Of a stretch of DNA of 46,792 bases, positions 44,537 to 46,792 are shown one piece after another. Origin of the DNA: Candidatus Nomurabacteria bacterium (GTDB lineage: Bacteria > Patescibacteriota > Minisyncoccia > Phycocordibacterales > UBA9973); the NCBI GenBank assembly GCA_016199805.1, contig JACQGC010000005.1, positions 72,019 through 118,810 on the forward strand. Reading direction: 5' to 3'. Position numbers and translations under genes: made by a program. Positions within the stretch are counted from its first letter, which is position 1; every line of letters starts with the position of its first letter. Below the pieces are notes generated by a model. The model saw nothing but the letters and a program-made list of their open reading frames with translations. It searched no databases and had not been told where the DNA came from.

Positions 44537-44570
44537 TACTTTAAACTTTATAACTTTTTACTTTATAACT
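44537..44570. repeat. AAAGTTAT-type array
   Basis: actttaaactttataactttttactttataact. Confidence 0.75.
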
Positions 44571-45102
44571 ATACTGTTTTCTTTCCCTGCTTGCGTCTGA
44601 TAACTTCACCTTCGTAACGCATTCCCTTTCCTTTATATGGTTCCGGCTTCTTTAAGGCTCGGACACCGGCAGTGAAACTTCCAACCAATTCTTTATCGAT
44701 TCCCGTAATGGTAATATTGTTTTTCTCGGCTGTAGCGGTGATGCCCTCCGGAATTTTTACAATCACCGGATGGGAAAAACCGAGAGCGAAATGAAGCTCC
44801 TTGCCTTTGACTTCGGATTTGAATCCGACACCTTCCAAAATAAGCTTTTTACTGTAAGGTGTCTGTACGCCGGCAATCATGTTTTTGATGTGGGAAGCAT
44901 ATGTGCCCCACAATGATTTGGAAAATTTATCGTTTCTTTTGATATTTAAATTGATTGTCTTATCAGTGATAGCGATGGTGATGTCATCTCTGAAAATTTT
45001 AGTCAGTGTTCCTTTTGGGCCAGTGACGGTGAAAACATCGCCACTATGGGTGACTTTGATTCCGGCCGGTATAACTATTTCTTGTTTGCCTATTCTACTC
45101 AT
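44569..45102 (-). CDS. rplF: 50S ribosomal protein L6
   Basis: MSRIGK, LGFSHP, PEPYKGKG. Confidence 0.98.
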   Translation of the reverse strand: MSRIGKQEIVIPAGIKVTHSGDVFTVTGPKGTLTKIFRDDITIAITDKTINLNIKRNDKFSKSLWGTYASHIKNMIAGVQTPYSKKLILEGVGFKSEVKGKELHFALGFSHPVIVKIPEGITATAEKNNITITGIDKELVGSFTAGVRALKKPEPYKGKGMRYEGEVIRRKQGKKTV

Positions 45103-45110
45103 ATATTTTC

Positions 45111-45135
45111 TTTATAAACTTTTAACTTTATAACT
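45111..45135. repeat. AAAGTTAT-type array
   Basis: tttataaacttttaactttataact. Confidence 0.7.
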
Positions 45136-45144
45136 TGCTCAGGA

Positions 45145-45531
45145 TTACCAAATCCTGAATAGCGCTTCGCCTCCGACTTGCTCTTTGCGGGCTTCTTTAC
45201 CTGATAAAATTCCTTTTGGTGTCGAAAGCACGAGCAACCCTGTGCCGTTTCGCACCGAATGAATATCTTTCATGCCAAAGTAAACGCGGCGGGATTGTTT
45301 GGAAATTCTTTCCACTTCAGTGATTTTTGGTTTTTTGTCCACGTACACCAAGCCGACTTCTAGAAGCGGCTGTCCTTTTTTAACTTTCTTGGAAACTTCA
45401 GTTACATATCCGGCTTTTTTCAAACATTCGCCGATGGCGTTCTTCATTTTGGAGTATGGAAAAGTCACGGACTCTTTGCCCGCGAGGCTTCCATTCTTCA
45501 TTATTATTATCATGTTTGAAATTGAATCCAT
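45145..45531 (-). CDS. rpsH: 30S ribosomal protein S8
   Basis: RISKQSRRVY, LSTPKG, VGGE. Confidence 0.97.
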   Translation of the reverse strand: MDSISNMIIIMKNGSLAGKESVTFPYSKMKNAIGECLKKAGYVTEVSKKVKKGQPLLEVGLVYVDKKPKITEVERISKQSRRVYFGMKDIHSVRNGTGLLVLSTPKGILSGKEARKEQVGGEALFRIW

Positions 45532-45538
45532 TGCTTTA

Positions 45539-45573
45539 GTTAAAAGTTCGTAAAGTTATAAAGTTCATAAAGT
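45539..45573. repeat. AAAGTTAT-type array, inverted relative to 45111-45135
   Basis: gttaaaagttcgtaaagttataaagttcataaagt. Confidence 0.75.
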
Positions 45574-45574
45574 A

Positions 45575-45760
45575 CTACCATGAGGATTTACGCACACCCG
45601 GCAACATTCCTTCGTTGGCTAGTTCCCTGAAACAAATACGGCAAATACCAAAATCTCGCATAAAGCCATTGCCCCGCCCACAGCGAAAACATCGATTTTT
45701 TGCTCGAGTGGAAAATTTTGGTTTTTTAGCTGCGCGGGCTTTTACTGATGTTTTTGCCAT
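45575..45760 (-). CDS. rpsZ: 30S ribosomal protein S14, zinc-binding type Z
   Basis: 61 aa, [19 protein letters not shown]. Confidence 0.97.
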   Translation of the reverse strand: MAKTSVKARAAKKPKFSTRAKNRCFRCGRGNGFMRDFGICRICFRELANEGMLPGVRKSSW

Positions 45761-45780
45761 ATAAAATATATATCCGTTTT

Positions 45781-45850
45781 ATGGATGATATCTTGTGTAT
45801 TTTCTTAAAACCTCAATAAGGCCTTAAGGAGAAACACAGATCAAACCCAT
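45781..45850 (-). promoter_or_regulatory. Long hairpin in the putative 5' leader of the rpsZ-rpsH operon
   Basis: ATGG/CCAT, ATCT/AGAT, GTGT/ACAC, CTTAAGGC/GTTTTAAG; extended -10 TGC-TAGTAT near 45867-45874. Confidence 0.5.
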
Positions 45851-45892
45851 CTCTAGGACTCTTTGATACTAGCAGATAACCTTAAAAAACAC

Positions 45893-45925
45893 AACCCCCT
45901 AAATCCCCCTTTTGTCAGGGGGACT
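45893..45925. repeat. REP-like palindrome
   Basis: aaccccctaaaTCCCCCTtttgtcAGGGGGA. Confidence 0.65.
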
Positions 45926-46078
45926 GTCAAACACAAACGTAGAACCGCCCGAGGAGCGAGGAGCTCTACGGGCGGTGATGTTGAAACTATCGATACTGAC
46001 TAAACGGGTGGAAGAAATTCCAGACGGCGTTGCGGATTTGCCGCCAAAGATACTTCAGCGTGAACTCTTCCGGTATGT

Positions 46079-46615
46079 TCACTCTGCACCCCCAGACTTC
46101 GGTACTGGAGGAGGACCGAACGCCTCGTTGAGCTCGGCATCGCTCATCCCTAGATAGAAACCATAGGGCCTAATCTTTTCCTCGATCTCCCGAACGACCG
46201 CCTGTGCCTGCGGCGTGTCCAGAAAACGAGATCTGGGCGTCTTGAACAGATTCCGGAATGTGCCGCCGCAAGCTCCGCAGAAGAGCGACGCAGTGACTGT
46301 CCGAGAAAAACCAAAGATACTCACGGAACAGCTCTCAGCCAGATCTTCTCCTCGCTCGATCTTGAGTCTGTATTTCCCCTGAAGCTGTCGGTATAGAGCG
46401 ATGCGTTGCTGTTGCATTCTCGCCAGCATCTGTGGCGAATCCTCGCTCCACACAACACCCAGACGGTCCTCCTTGAAAAACTGGAGGGCGTCGAGGAGCA
46501 GTTCCATACTCTTTTTAGAGCGACTGCCGTTGCTGATAAGCGAGACGGCCGTGCTGTACAGCGCAGCCAGTCTAGAAATAATACTGACGTCGTTTTGCCT
46601 GGTTTTCGCAGACAT
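46079..46615 (-). CDS. Hypothetical protein (GC-rich orphan)
   Basis: 178-aa ORF, AAGGAAGG SD-like sequence upstream; no recognisable motif. Confidence 0.6.
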   Translation of the reverse strand: MSAKTRQNDVSIISRLAALYSTAVSLISNGSRSKKSMELLLDALQFFKEDRLGVVWSEDSPQMLARMQQQRIALYRQLQGKYRLKIERGEDLAESCSVSIFGFSRTVTASLFCGACGGTFRNLFKTPRSRFLDTPQAQAVVREIEEKIRPYGFYLGMSDAELNEAFGPPPVPKSGGAE

Positions 46616-46792
46616 TTTATTTTCCTTCCTTTTCCAGTTGGTTTTAGCAACTGGAATAGTTAGTTACCTTTGAAGTAGGACAGTTAGAATTAATGCATTA
46701 GCAAAATTAATTTTAATTGTCATATGAAATATCATCATTTGCGAGACGAAGAAAGGTTTTGTATTGAAAAGATGTATTGCGGCGGTTTTGCC

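Noticed and set aside
685-46673. Numerous 60-195 aa ORFs antisense to or nested in recognised genes
   Set aside because: No motifs and fully overlapping well-supported genes; treated as shadow ORFs

Overview
Chromosomal segment of a reduced-genome bacterium. The gene set points to Patescibacteria/CPR (Parcubacteria-like): rpmD is absent, L15 is short, there is a CPR-type type IV pilus cluster and a large VirB4/TraD-like ATPase, and many starts look leaderless. This taxonomic call is an inference. TGA is used as stop (code 11). Left to right: type IV pilus/competence cluster (pilC-pilT-receiver-pilB-pilP-like-pilO-pilN-pilM, divergent comF); a possible lipid-remodelling cluster (DedA, GT4, alpha/beta hydrolase, sphingomyelin-synthase-like PAP2, ATP-grasp); two divergent tRNA-Ser genes separated by an HTH-LAGLIDADG gene; recG; a PaaX/Cas2-like gene; a B12 module (ECF S component, class II RNR, PduO); tRNA-Ile(UAU) between two endonuclease-like genes; ftsH, ssrA, smpB, infC-rpmI-rplT; nucleotide-processing enzymes; a RAYT-like transposase; three adenylate-kinase-like genes; and the distal spc operon. 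The most notable signals are non-coding or at gene boundaries: (1) the LAGLIDADG ORF has its stop codon inside the tRNA-Ser(GCT) anticodon loop; (2) two tRNAs carry rare anticodons, Ser(ACT) and Ile(TAT); (3) an unannotated ~125-nt rod-shaped ncRNA has its own promoter and terminator (6S-like); (4) AAAGTTAT arrays sit at operon junctions and form a perfect 22-bp inverted repeat around rpmI; (5) REP-like palindromes are inserted in frame in ComF and RecG; (6) a MITE's target duplication regenerates a start codon. All calls are by eye from motifs; no database search was run.
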